A DNA stretch of 62,437 bases, filler included. It is 3 parts of 3 records of this genome, joined end to end, with 100 filler letters (N's around TTAATTAATTAA, not from the genome) between each part and the next. Parts side by side here need not be neighbours in the genome. Positions count along the whole stretch, not along the records: positions 27,019 to 51,190 come from SRR20825019_674; 2 more parts are not named here. The stretch is one strand, 5' to 3'. A model generated the notes under the pieces. The model ran no database searches, was not told the origin of the DNA, and saw only the letters and a program-made list of their open reading frames with translations. The translations under genes were made by a program, and so were the position numbers. Below, in pieces: positions 36,576 to 47,000 of this stretch (its first letter is position 1; each line of letters opens with the position of its first letter).

Positions 36576-38294
36576 ATGGCTGATGAAAGAGAAAAACGCA
36601 TCGAGGAGGTCCGGCGCATCGGTCGCTTCGATGCGATCATTGTCGGTGGCGGCATCAACGGCATCGGCGTTTTCCGGGAGCTTGCGCTGCAAGGGCTCAA
36701 GGTGCTGCTGGTCGAACGCGGCGATTTCTGTTCGGGCTGTTCGGCCGCGCCGTCGCGGATGATTCATGGCGGGCTGCGTTACCTCGAAAACGGCGAATTC
36801 TCGCTGGTCCGGGAATCGCTTCTCGAACGCGATGCCCTGCTTGCAAACGCCCCCCACATGGTGCGCCCGCTGGCGACGACGATACCGATCACCTCGGTCT
36901 TTTCCGGTCTGATGAACGCCGCGGCCGGGTTTTTCGCAGGCAGGGGCAAGCCGGCGCGGCGCGGCGCGCTGCCGGTGAAACTCGGCCTTTCGCTCTATGA
37001 CTGGGTGACCCGAAACAACAGGGTGCTGCCGACACACCGGTTCCGAAATGCCGCCGAAACATTCAGAGCCTGGCCGGAGCTCACGCGCGAGCTGCGTTAC
37101 AGCGCAAGCTACCACGATGCCTGGATCAGCTATCCAGAACGCCTCGGAATCGAGTTGATCCTTGATGCCGGAACCCCCGACGCCATCGCGCTCAATTACG
37201 CCGAGATTACGCGCGCCGGCGACGCATTCACGATCACCGACAGTTTGACGACGTCAAAGGCCGAGATTTCCACACGCCTCGTCATCAACGCCACCGGGGC
37301 ATGGCTCGATGAAACGGCGCGCCTGCTTTCGAGCGGTTCCGAAAACCGCGAGCGGCTGGTCTCCGGCACCAAGGGATCACACCTGATCATCGACAATCCG
37401 TCGCTGTTCAAGGCGCTCGGCGGCCATATGATGTTTTTCGAAAACACCGACGGGCGCGTCTGCATCGTCTTTCCCTATCTCGGCAAGGTGCTGGCGGGTT
37501 CCACCGATATCCGGATCGACAAGCCGGCGCGGGTACGGTGCGAGGAGGGGGAGCGCGACTATATAATTGGCGCGCTCAAACTGCTGTTTCCCACAATCGC
37601 GGTTACGCCTGACGATGTGGTTTTCAGCTATTCGGGTATCCGTCCGCTGCCGGAGAGCGACCATGCGTTTACCGGCCGCATCTCGCGCGGCCATTCAACC
37701 GTCAGGATCGACGGCGCGCCTCCTCAATTGTGCATGGTCGGCGGCAAGTGGACGACGTTCCGCGCCTTTGCCGAACAGACGGCTGATATGGCGCTTGAAG
37801 AACTTGGCGTAACACGCTCTCGTGAAACCCGTTTCCTTGCCATCGGCGGCGGCGCCGGCATGCCCGCCGAGCCCGAAACGCTGGAGGTGGAACTCGTCCA
37901 ACGGTTCGGGATCGATCGGTCGCGCGCGCGCCATCTCGTCGATCTTTACGGTACGCGGTCGCGCGCTGTCATGAAATTCTGCAGCGCCCGCGACGACGAT
38001 ATCGCGCTTGATGACGTGACCGGCATCACGGAAGCCGAGATCGTTTTTCTGATCCGGCATGAATTCGCCGCGCGGCTTTCCGATCTCGTCCTGCGGCGCA
38101 CGCCGCTCGCCATCACCGGCGTGCTGAACGACGATCATATCGCGAAAATCGCCACGTGCGCGGCAGCGGAACTGGGATGGAGCGATCAGCGCCGCGGCGA
38201 CGAGGTGCGGGGCCTTCTCGATGAACTTGAAGCCTATTACGGTGTGACCCGCACGATGCTGGAGCGCCGGACCCAACCAAGGAGGAACCAATGA
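36576..38294 (+). CDS. FAD-dependent glycerol-3-phosphate dehydrogenase-like (GlpD/EryB family) polyol-phosphate dehydrogenase
   Basis: 'IIVGGGINGIG', 'SRMIHGGLRYLE', 'INATGAW', 'KGSHL', 'YSGIRPL', 'GGKWTTFR'. Confidence 0.92.
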   Translation: MADEREKRIEEVRRIGRFDAIIVGGGINGIGVFRELALQGLKVLLVERGDFCSGCSAAPSRMIHGGLRYLENGEFSLVRESLLERDALLANAPHMVRPLATTIPITSVFSGLMNAAAGFFAGRGKPARRGALPVKLGLSLYDWVTRNNRVLPTHRFRNAAETFRAWPELTRELRYSASYHDAWISYPERLGIELILDAGTPDAIALNYAEITRAGDAFTITDSLTTSKAEISTRLVINATGAWLDETARLLSSGSENRERLVSGTKGSHLIIDNPSLFKALGGHMMFFENTDGRVCIVFPYLGKVLAGSTDIRIDKPARVRCEEGERDYIIGALKLLFPTIAVTPDDVVFSYSGIRPLPESDHAFTGRISRGHSTVRIDGAPPQLCMVGGKWTTFRAFAEQTADMALEELGVTRSRETRFLAIGGGAGMPAEPETLEVELVQRFGIDRSRARHLVDLYGTRSRAVMKFCSARDDDIALDDVTGITEAEIVFLIRHEFAARLSDLVLRRTPLAITGVLNDDHIAKIATCAAAELGWSDQRRGDEVRGLLDELEAYYGVTRTMLERRTQPRRNQ

Positions 38295-39133
38295 AGATAA
38301 GCACCAAGGCCCGGATGAACCGGATGTTCAGCAATGGCGGCTGCCTGGATGTCGCCATCGATCATGGCGTCTGCAATGAGCCGTCATTTCTGGTCGGTCT
38401 GGAAAGCATGGAAAGGGTGGTCGATACCCTGGTAGCGGCTGGGCCCGATGCGATCCAGATGGCCTATGGCCCGTCAGACCTGCTGCAGAGCCGGCCGGAA
38501 AAGCAAAAGCCCGCGCTCGTGATGCGCATCGACATGGGCAATCCCTATAACGACAAGCGGCATGACGTGATGTGGTCGATGCTGCAGAACGCCGACGAGC
38601 CGATCATCGGCGCGCTGGAGATGGATGCCGCCTGTGTCGTCGTGAACCTGTTCATGCTGCCGGACGAACCGGAGCTTTTCCGCCAGTGCGTCCGCAATAT
38701 CAGCAAGGTGCGGGCTGCCTGCCACAGATACGGCATGCCGCTGATGATCGAACCGCTGGTCATGCTCCCCAACGATGTTCGCGGCGGTTATCAGGTGGAT
38801 GGCGATGCCGACAAGATCGTTACCCTGGTGCGGCTGGCAAGCGAAATGGGCGCGGATATCATCAAGGCCGATCCGACCGATGACCCGGAGGAATTTCACC
38901 GGGTGGTGGAAGCAGCGCGCGTTCCTGTTCTGGTGCGCGGCGGCGGCAGGGAGGATCTCAGGAACGTGCTGGCGAAATCGGCGGCGCTGATGGGGCAGGG
39001 CGCGAAAGGCATGGTTTACGGCCGCAACATCTACCAGCACGATAACCCCAAGGCCGTCGTCAGCGCGCTGATGGGCATCATCCACCAGGGTGCCGGCGGC
39101 GACGAGGCCTGGGACATCTACAATCGCGGGTGA
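38291..39133 (+). CDS. Class I aldolase, DhnA/LsrF (fructose-bisphosphate aldolase class IA) family
   Basis: 'VAIDHG', 'GMPLMIEP', Schiff-base Lys in 'GADIIKA', 'VLVRGG', 'YGRNIYQ'. Confidence 0.9.
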   Translation: MKISTKARMNRMFSNGGCLDVAIDHGVCNEPSFLVGLESMERVVDTLVAAGPDAIQMAYGPSDLLQSRPEKQKPALVMRIDMGNPYNDKRHDVMWSMLQNADEPIIGALEMDAACVVVNLFMLPDEPELFRQCVRNISKVRAACHRYGMPLMIEPLVMLPNDVRGGYQVDGDADKIVTLVRLASEMGADIIKADPTDDPEEFHRVVEAARVPVLVRGGGREDLRNVLAKSAALMGQGAKGMVYGRNIYQHDNPKAVVSALMGIIHQGAGGDEAWDIYNRG

Positions 39134-39137
39134 AAGC

Positions 39138-40634
39138 ATGACCTATCTTCTGGGACTGGACGCAGGCAACACGGTCATCAAGGCCGTTCTGTTTGACGCG
39201 GACGGCCGCCAATGCGCGATGCATGCGCTTGACGGCCGCTCGCAAACGCCTCGGCCCGGCTATGTCGAACGCAATCTCGACGAGTTGTGGTCAAATGCCG
39301 GAGAAGCCATCCGGGCATGTATCGAGAAGGCCGGCATCAACCCTTCCCGGATCGCAGGCATCGGCTGTGCCGGACACGGAAACGGGCTCTATATGACCGA
39401 CCGCGACGGCGAGGCGCTGCTCGGCATCCAGTCGCTGGACAACCGCGCGGCCGAGCATGCCCGGGTGATGGCGGACCGCGACGGCGACAGGTTCTACGCC
39501 CTTTGCCGCCAGATGCCATGGCCGTCCCAGACCCCGGCGCTGATGGGCTGGGTCAAGACCAACGCCCCGGACATCTACGCCCGCGCCGGGACCGCGATGC
39601 TTTGCAAGGACTTCATCACCTTTCGGCTGACCGGCGCGCGCGTCAGCGACATTTCGGACATGTCCGGCTGCGGCCTTCTGCGTTTGCCGGAGGCGGATTA
39701 CGATGACGAATTGCTGGGCCTTTATGGCCTCGAGGACGCTCGCCGGATGTTGCCGCGTCTTTGCGATCCGAGCGAGGTTGTCGGCGGCGTCAGCGATCAG
39801 GCGGCAAGGGTCACCGGCCTCGTCCCCGGCACGCCCGTCATCGCCGGCTATTTCGATGTCATCGCCAGCGCCATGGGCTCCGGCGTGGTGCGGGCGGGCG
39901 AGGCATCGATCATTGCCGGCACATGGTCGATCAATCAGGTCTTCTCGCACGAGCCTGTGAACGATCCGGGCGTCTTCATGGTCTCCGCCTTCGGTCCCGG
40001 CCGTTTCGTCAACATCGAAAGCAGCGCCACCTCTGCCGCCAATCTGGAGTGGTATGTGCGGGAATTCGTCGAGCGCGGCGCCAATCACGGTGCGCCCTTC
40101 GATCACTGCAACGCGGTCGTCGGCGCCGTTCGTCCCGCTGCCGACGATCCGATCTTCCACCCTTTTCTTTATGGTTCGCGCACGGCAATGCACGCCCGCG
40201 CCGGCCTTTACGGCGTTGCGGGCTGGCATACGGAAGGTCATATCCTGCGATCGCTTTTCGAAGGGGTGATGTTTGAACACCGCCGCCATGTGAACGTGCT
40301 CGCCAATGCCGGTCTTGCCATCGAAAGCGCCGTCCTTTCCGGCGGCGGCTCCCGCAGCGATCACTGGCCGCAGATCTTTGCCGATGGGCTTGGCATACCG
40401 GTCACGACCGCCGAGGCCCGTGAAACCGGCGCGCTGGGCGCTGCGATCGGGGCGGGGGTCGCAACGGGACTGTTTGGCAGTTACGAGACCGCAATTGCCG
40501 CCATGACACGACCCCGTGGCCGTTTTGAGCCGGACCCCGCCATGCGCGGTCATTATGATCGCCGCTACGCGATCTACCAGCGGCTGAACGAGGCGATGGG
40601 CGAGATCTGGTCGGCGTTCGGCAAAAGCGCCTGA
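39138..40634 (+). CDS. FGGY-family carbohydrate kinase (L-xylulokinase-like)
   Basis: 'LGLDAGNTVIKAV', 'AGHGNG', 'CKDFI', 'IIAGTWSIN', 'LSGGGSRS', 'ETGALGAA'. Confidence 0.93.
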   Translation: MTYLLGLDAGNTVIKAVLFDADGRQCAMHALDGRSQTPRPGYVERNLDELWSNAGEAIRACIEKAGINPSRIAGIGCAGHGNGLYMTDRDGEALLGIQSLDNRAAEHARVMADRDGDRFYALCRQMPWPSQTPALMGWVKTNAPDIYARAGTAMLCKDFITFRLTGARVSDISDMSGCGLLRLPEADYDDELLGLYGLEDARRMLPRLCDPSEVVGGVSDQAARVTGLVPGTPVIAGYFDVIASAMGSGVVRAGEASIIAGTWSINQVFSHEPVNDPGVFMVSAFGPGRFVNIESSATSAANLEWYVREFVERGANHGAPFDHCNAVVGAVRPAADDPIFHPFLYGSRTAMHARAGLYGVAGWHTEGHILRSLFEGVMFEHRRHVNVLANAGLAIESAVLSGGGSRSDHWPQIFADGLGIPVTTAEARETGALGAAIGAGVATGLFGSYETAIAAMTRPRGRFEPDPAMRGHYDRRYAIYQRLNEAMGEIWSAFGKSA

Positions 40635-40637
40635 AGG

Positions 40638-42260
40638 ATGAGGGCAATGGAACAGACTGAACGGCTTGAAGGCGACTATGACTATATCATCGTCGGCGGC
40701 GGCACGGCCGGTTGCGTTCTCGCCAACAGGCTGAGCGAGGATCCGGCGACGCGCGTTCTTCTGCTGGAAGCAGGCGGCAGCGACAATTACCACTGGGTGC
40801 ATATCCCCGTTGGCTATCTCTATTGCATCGGCAATCCGCGCACTGACTGGATGATGAAGACGCAAGGGGAACCCGGCCTCAACGGGCGCGCGCTTTCCTA
40901 TCCGCGCGGCAAGCTGCTCGGCGGCTGTTCCTCGATCAACGGCATGATCTACATGCGCGGACAGGCAGCGGATTATGACGGATGGCGGCAGATGGGCAAT
41001 GCCGGCTGGGCGTGGGACGACGTGCTGCCGTATTTCCTGAAATCCGAGGATCACCATGGCGGCGACAGCGAATGGCATCGCGGCGGCGGCGAATGGAAGG
41101 TCTCGCGCCAGCGCCTGACCTGGCCGATTCTGGAAGCGGTTCAGCGCGGCGCGGCAGAGTTCGGCATCATGCCGCGACCGGATTTCAACGATGGCGACAA
41201 TGAGGGGACCGGTTTCTTCGAGGTGAACCAGAAGAAGGGCGTGCGCTGGAACGCGGCCAAGGCGTTTCTCCGTCCCGCCCGCAAACGCGCCAATCTGCGG
41301 GTCATCACCCATGCCCTTGCCGAGCGTCTGGTGCTGGAGGGAAAGCGGGTGAGGGGCGTTGTCTTCAGCCATGCCGGACGGCGGATGGACGCGCGCGCCG
41401 GAAGGGAAGTGCTGCTTGCCGCCGGCGCCATCAATTCGCCAAAACTGCTGGAGCTTTCCGGCATCGGCAGACCCGAGATCATCGCGGCGCTCGGCCTTCC
41501 TATTTCTCATGAAAACAACAGTGTAGGAGAAAACCTTCAGGATCATCTTCAGATCCGTACGGTCTACCGGGTGGAGGGGGCGAAGACGCTGAACGCGGCC
41601 GTCAACTCCGTCTCCGGCAGGGTGAAGATGGGGCTCGAATACGCGCTGTTCCGCTCAGGCGCGCTGTCGATGGCGCCCAGCCAGTTCGGCATGTTCACGA
41701 AGTCCGATCCCGCGCTTGCGACGCCGGATCTGGAATATCATGTGCAGCCGCTTTCCACGGACAAGCTCGGCGATCCGCTGCACAGCTTCCCGGCAATTAC
41801 AGTGTCGGTGTGTCATCTGCGCCCGCAAAGCCGGGGCGCCAGCCACGCGACATCGCCGGAGGCGGCCGAGCAGCCCGCGATCCGCCTGAACTACCTCTCG
41901 GCAGAAGCCGACCGAAGCGTTGCGCTGCGCGCCGTTCGCCAGGCCCGCAAGATCATGACGGCGCGGACGCTTGCGCCCTTTCGCCCGCAGGAAATCCTGC
42001 CCGGTCCGGCCGTCGCGTCGGATGAGGAGCTGCAGGAGGCTATCGGCGGCATTGCGACCACCATCTTCCATCCCGTGGGAACATGCCGGATGGGAACGGA
42101 CGAGGCGGCGGTGGTCACGCCCGACCTGCGTTTTCGCGGGCTCGACGGTCTGCGCATAGTCGATGCCTCGATCATGCCGAGAATCGTTTCCGGCAACACC
42201 GCTTCGCCGGTCGTGATGATCGCGGAAAAGGCCGCGGACATGATCAGGCGCGGCGGCTGA
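40638..42260 (+). CDS. GMC oxidoreductase (choline dehydrogenase-like)
   Basis: 'YDYIIVGGGTAGCVLANRLS', 'RGKLLGGCSSINGMIYMRG', 'VGENLQDH', 'FHPVGTCRMG', 'SGNT'. The start may be 40647. Confidence 0.94.
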   Translation: MRAMEQTERLEGDYDYIIVGGGTAGCVLANRLSEDPATRVLLLEAGGSDNYHWVHIPVGYLYCIGNPRTDWMMKTQGEPGLNGRALSYPRGKLLGGCSSINGMIYMRGQAADYDGWRQMGNAGWAWDDVLPYFLKSEDHHGGDSEWHRGGGEWKVSRQRLTWPILEAVQRGAAEFGIMPRPDFNDGDNEGTGFFEVNQKKGVRWNAAKAFLRPARKRANLRVITHALAERLVLEGKRVRGVVFSHAGRRMDARAGREVLLAAGAINSPKLLELSGIGRPEIIAALGLPISHENNSVGENLQDHLQIRTVYRVEGAKTLNAAVNSVSGRVKMGLEYALFRSGALSMAPSQFGMFTKSDPALATPDLEYHVQPLSTDKLGDPLHSFPAITVSVCHLRPQSRGASHATSPEAAEQPAIRLNYLSAEADRSVALRAVRQARKIMTARTLAPFRPQEILPGPAVASDEELQEAIGGIATTIFHPVGTCRMGTDEAAVVTPDLRFRGLDGLRIVDASIMPRIVSGNTASPVVMIAEKAADMIRRGG

Positions 42261-42356
42261 TTGCGCAAAGCCTTGTCCGGAAAGCCCGCTGAACGATAGC
42301 CGGATGCGCGCAGGTCGCCGTCGCCGCGCGCCTTTCTTCCGGCGGCGTTCCCGATA

Positions 42357-42656
42357 CTACTCTTTCCTGCAATAGGCGTCGTGGAGCGCATTGATCACGG
42401 TCAATACCTCCGGTCGGGTGATCGCGTAGAATACCGTCGTGCCCTCCCGTCGCGCCTCGACAAGGCCGCTGGCCCTCAGGCGCATGAGCTGTTGCGACAT
42501 CGGCACCTGCTCGATGCCGAGTTCCCGGCGCAATTCGGCAACCGACTTCTCGCCGTCCACCAAAGCGCAAAGCACCAGCAGGCGCTGTGGGTGGGAGAGG
42601 TTGCTCATCAGTTCGGCGGCCGCTTTGGCGGCGGGGATCATCTCTGTGACATTCAT
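42357..42656 (-). CDS. ArsR/SmtB family regulator, BigR/SqrR-type (two-Cys persulfide sensor)
   Basis: 'LSHPQRLLVLCALVDGEKSV...MSQQLMRLR...VFYAI...LHDAYC' has a Cys in helix 2 and a C-terminal 'YC', the BigR/SqrR pattern. Confidence 0.85.
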   Translation of the reverse strand: MNVTEMIPAAKAAAELMSNLSHPQRLLVLCALVDGEKSVAELRRELGIEQVPMSQQLMRLRASGLVEARREGTTVFYAITRPEVLTVINALHDAYCRKE

Positions 42657-42666
42657 GTTCTTGAAT
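42651..42666. promoter_or_regulatory. Putative SqrR/BigR operator ATTC-N8-GAAT
   Basis: ATTC-atgttctt-GAAT overlaps the regulator's start codon, in the AT-rich divergent intergenic region. The consensus is recalled from R. capsulatus SqrR work. Confidence 0.55.
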
Positions 42667-42764
42667 TTAATATTTTTGAATGTTATATGCAAGCAATCAA
42701 TTCAGACCCTTGAGCGATCGCCGTCGATCGCACAACGGATTGTGACAACAGAAGGAATGTTCAA

Positions 42765-42968
42765 ATGACGCTCGATCGTGCCGTAATGATGTTCGCGGGG
42801 TTCATGGTTCTCCTTTCCCTGGCGCTCGGCTTCTATGTATCGCCCTGGTGGTTCCTGCTGAATGGCTTTGTCGGGCTCAACCTGATCCAGGCATCGTTCA
42901 CCGGTTTCTGCCCCGCAGCAATTGTACTCCGAAAGTTCGGAGTCAAGTCGGGCTGCGCATTCGAATAA
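42765..42968 (+). CDS. YgaP-like membrane protein (DUF2892)
   Basis: 67 aa with two TM helices and 'FVGLNLIQASFTGFCPAA'. Confidence 0.9.
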   Translation: MTLDRAVMMFAGFMVLLSLALGFYVSPWWFLLNGFVGLNLIQASFTGFCPAAIVLRKFGVKSGCAFE

Positions 42969-43045
42969 CCAAAGTCGCCGCCCTTATCGCACATTCATCC
43001 CGGGCGCAGCGATCATGCGTTGTCGCCCGAAGGAGCTCTGGTCCC

Positions 43046-44056
43046 ATGCTTCAAGCCGTTCTCAGATTTACAGCAGCCCTTGTCGTGATGACGCCGCTTG
43101 TCGCCTCGGCAGCGCTGGCCGCCGAGTTTCCGGTAGAACCCGTGACGGTGACCGAGATGAAAGCCGTTTTCGGCCGGGTGGAGAGCCGGATCGTGGTGCC
43201 GGCGCGCGCCAGGATCGGTGGTGTCGTCGAGGACGTCCGGGTCAGCGAGGGCGATAATGTCGCCAAGGGCGATACCATCGCGGTGATCGTCGACGACAAG
43301 CTCGCCCTGGAACTGAAGGCCGCCGACGCCAGGCTTGAAGCGCTGAACTCGCAGCTTGCAAACGCGCGCCTCGAACTGGATCGCGCCGAGCAGTTGCGCA
43401 CCTCCGGGTCCGGCACCCAGGCCCGCCTCGACCAGGCCAGGACGCAGTTCGATGTCGTCACCAATCAGGTCGCCGCCGCCGTTGCCGAAAAGGCCGTGGT
43501 CGAGCAGCGCGCGAAGGAGGGTGAGGTTCTTGCGCCGGCAACGGGTCGGGTGCTGACCGTGCCGGTAACCCTGGGCTCGGTCGTCATGGCGGGCGAAAAC
43601 GTCGCCCGTATCGCGCCCGGTCCCTACTATCTGCGCCTGTCGCTGCCGGAGCGGCATGCGGCCGAAATCGTCGAAGGTGCCGAGGTGCTTGTCGGCGAGC
43701 GCGGTCTTGTCCGTGGCGCCGGGCAACAGCCGGCCGTCAGTTCCGGACGTATCAGCAAGGTCTATCCGGAAATCGCCGATGGACGCGTGATCGCCGATGT
43801 CGAGATCGACAGCGTCGGCGATTATTTCGTAAACGAGCGCACGCTGGTCTCGATCCCGGTCGGCAAGCGGGCAGCCCTCGTCGTGCCGCCTGAAGCGGTC
43901 AGCACGTTGCACGGCGTCGACTATGTGCGGATCAAAACCATCGATGGCGAGATGGATGTCGCGGTCGTTCTCGGCGAAATTGTGCGCGACAATGACGAGG
44001 AACGGGTCGAGATTCTGTCCGGCCTGCGCGCCGGTGATCGGGTTGTGCTGCCATGA
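43046..44056 (+). CDS. RND efflux periplasmic adaptor (membrane fusion protein)
   Basis: Lipoyl-like halves 'ARIGGVVEDVRVSEGDNVAKGD' and 'VLAPATGRV', alpha-hairpin, C-terminal 'EILSGLRAGDRVV'. RBS AAGGAG. Confidence 0.92.
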   Translation: MLQAVLRFTAALVVMTPLVASAALAAEFPVEPVTVTEMKAVFGRVESRIVVPARARIGGVVEDVRVSEGDNVAKGDTIAVIVDDKLALELKAADARLEALNSQLANARLELDRAEQLRTSGSGTQARLDQARTQFDVVTNQVAAAVAEKAVVEQRAKEGEVLAPATGRVLTVPVTLGSVVMAGENVARIAPGPYYLRLSLPERHAAEIVEGAEVLVGERGLVRGAGQQPAVSSGRISKVYPEIADGRVIADVEIDSVGDYFVNERTLVSIPVGKRAALVVPPEAVSTLHGVDYVRIKTIDGEMDVAVVLGEIVRDNDEERVEILSGLRAGDRVVLP

Positions 44057-47000
44057 AGCTCGGAATTGCAGGCGGACTGACCCGCACCTTCATCACGTCG
44101 CCGCTTACGCCGCTCCTGCTGCTGGCCGCGATTGCCCTTGGCCTGATTGCGCTTGTCTCGCTTCCGCGCGAGGAGGAGCCGCAGATTTCGGTGCCGATGG
44201 TCGACATTCATGTCAACGCCAATGGCCTGAGGGCGGAAGACGCCGTCAAGCTCGTCACCGAGCCTCTGGAAACCATCGTCAAGAGCATTGACGGCGTCGA
44301 GCACGTCTATTCGCAAACCGATGACGACGGCGTGCTCGTCACCGCCCGCTTCGATGTCGGAACCGATTCCGACGCCGCCATATTGCGCGTCCATGAGAAA
44401 ATCCGCGCCAATATGGACCGTATCCCGGTTGGCGTTCCCGAGCCGTTGATCGTCGGTCGCGGCATCGATGATGTCGCCGCCGTCGTCGTCACCCTGAGGC
44501 CGACCGCGGAGGCTGCGGGGCGCTGGACGGCAAACGACCTGACCCGGCTTGCCCGCGAGCTTCAGGTGGAGGTTTCGAAGCTGCCCGATATCGGTCTCAC
44601 CTATATCGTCGGGGAACAGCCGGAGCAGTTCCGCGTCGAACCCGATCCCGAGAGGCTTTCGCTGTTCGGCGTCACGCTGCAGCAACTGGTAGCCAAAGTC
44701 GAAGGGGCCAACCGTTCATTCCGGGTCGGCACGATCCGCGAGGATGGCAGCCAGCTTCCCGTCATCGCCGGCCAGACGCTTCAGTCCTTGCCCGAGATCG
44801 GCAATCTCGTGCTGACGGCGCGCGATGGCCGTCCGGTCTATGTCCGCGACGTTGCCGACGTGGTTCTGGAGACCGCGCCCGCCGAAAACCGCGTCACCGA
44901 CATCCGCCGGAGCGATGAGGGGCTGGAGCGCGCCGCCGCCGTCTCATTGGCGATCGCCAAGCGTCCCGGCACCAATGCGGTGGTGATCGCCGAGGAGATC
45001 GTACACAGGCTTGAGCAGGTGCGCGGCCAGATATTCCCCTCCGACGTGGAAATGACGGTGACCCGCAACTACGGTGAAACCGCCAATGAGAAGGCCAACG
45101 AACTGCTGTTCCATCTGGCGCTCGCGACCGTCTCGATCGTCGTTCTGGTGGGCATCGCCATTGGCTGGCGCGAGGCGCTGGTGGTCGCCGTCGTTATACC
45201 GACGACCATCCTTTTGACCTTCTTCGCCTCATGGATCATGGGCTACACCATCAATCGCGTCTCGCTGTTCGCGCTGATCTTCTCGATCGGCATCCTGGTC
45301 GACGACGCCATTGTCGTGATCGAGAACATTGCTCGTCACTGGGCAATGCCGGACGACCGTTCGCGCGTTCAGTCGGCGATCGACGCCGTCGCCGAGGTCG
45401 GCAACCCCACAATCGTCGCCACATTGACGGTGATTGCAGCACTGCTGCCGATGATGTTCGTCTCGGGCATGATGGGCCCCTATATGAGCCCGATCCCGGC
45501 CAATGCCTCGGCGGCAATGCTGTTCTCGTTCTTCGTCGCCGTCATCCTGACGCCGTGGCTGATGATCAAGATCGGCGGCAAAGGGGCCGGCCATGGCCAC
45601 GGTGAGGGCGGCTCCGCAGCGGCCCACGGCGCGGCGGGCGGGCGGCTCGGACGGCTCTATGTCGCGGTCGCGCGGCCTGTTCTGAAAAGCCGCGCGCGCG
45701 CCTGGACCTTCATCATCGTCGTGGCCGTCGCGACCTTCGCCTCGCTCGGGCTGTTCTACACCAAGGACGTCACGGTCAAGCTGCTGCCATTCGACAACAA
45801 GTCCGATCTTCAGGTCGTGCTCGACCTGCCGAAAGGCGCGTCGGTGGAGGATACCGACCGGGCGCTGCAATCGGTCGTCGACAGGCTCGCCGGGGTTCCG
45901 GAAATCCTGTCCTTCCAGACCTATGCCGGCACGGCCGCGCCGTTCGATTTCAACGGACTGGTGCGTCACTACTACCTCAGGGCCAACCCCGAGCAGGGTC
46001 AGGTCGCCGTCAATCTTCTGCCCAAGGGCGATCGCGACCGGGCGAGCCACGCCATCGCGCTCGATATGCGCGAACGGCTCGATGGCCTTGGCCTGCCGGA
46101 GGGCGCGGTGGTGAAGGTGGTGGAGCCGCCGCCCGGACCGCCGGTCATGGGCACGCTGCTTGCCGAAATTTATGGCCCCGACCCTGAAACGCGGCGCGCC
46201 GTCGCGGGCAAGGTGCGGGAGGCGTTCGAGAGCGTGCCGTTCATCGTCGACCTTGACGACAGCTACCACAACCGGCCTGAACGGATGCGGATCGCCATCA
46301 ATCAGGACAATCTGGAATATTACCGGGTCGAACAATCGGATGTCTACGACACGCTCAGTTATCTCTATGGCGGGGCAACCGTCGGCTATTCGCATCGCGG
46401 CGGCGGGCGTCAGCCGATCCCGATCCGGCTTGCGCTGCCGAAGCAATATGGCACGATCGATGAACGCGCGCTTTCAACACCGGTTCCGGCCAATGCGTTG
46501 CCGGGCGGGCGCGATGTGGTCGAACTCGGCGATGTCGTCAGCGTTACGCAGGAGCCCGCGTCCTATCCGGTCTTCCGGCACAATGGCCGCGCCGCCGAAA
46601 TGGTGATGGCGGAGCTTGCCGGCGCCTACGAAGCGCCGATCTACGGCATGATGGCCGTGCAGGATGCAATCGACGCGATGGATTGGGGCGACCTGCCCAA
46701 GCCGGATATCGTCCTCCATGGCCAGCCCGATGACGAAACCCATCCGACGCTGCTGTGGGACGGGGAATGGGAGGTAACGTGGGTGACGTTCCGCGACATG
46801 GGGGCCGCCTTCATGGTGGCGCTCATCGGAATCTATATCCTGGTCGTGGCCCAGTTCGGCTCGTTCAAGCTGCCGCTTGTTATCCTGACGCCGATCCCGC
46901 TGACCTTCATCGGCATTCTCGGCGGACACTGGCTGTTCGGCGCGCCGTTTACAGCGACTTCGATGATCGGCTTCATCGCGCTTGCCGGCATCATCGTGCG

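Noticed and set aside
39291-41546. Long antisense ORFs in the bacterial contig (e.g. 39291-41546 -, 28749-30233 -, 45229-46446 -, 47312-48964 +, 49029-50324 -)
   Set aside because: These are shadow ORFs expected from high GC3 codon bias opposite well-supported genes, and they have no recognisable motifs.
40638-42260. Naming the GMC enzyme betA, or 36576-38294 glpD
   Set aside because: Only family-level motifs are visible, and the bet and glp context genes are absent, so specific symbols are not supported.
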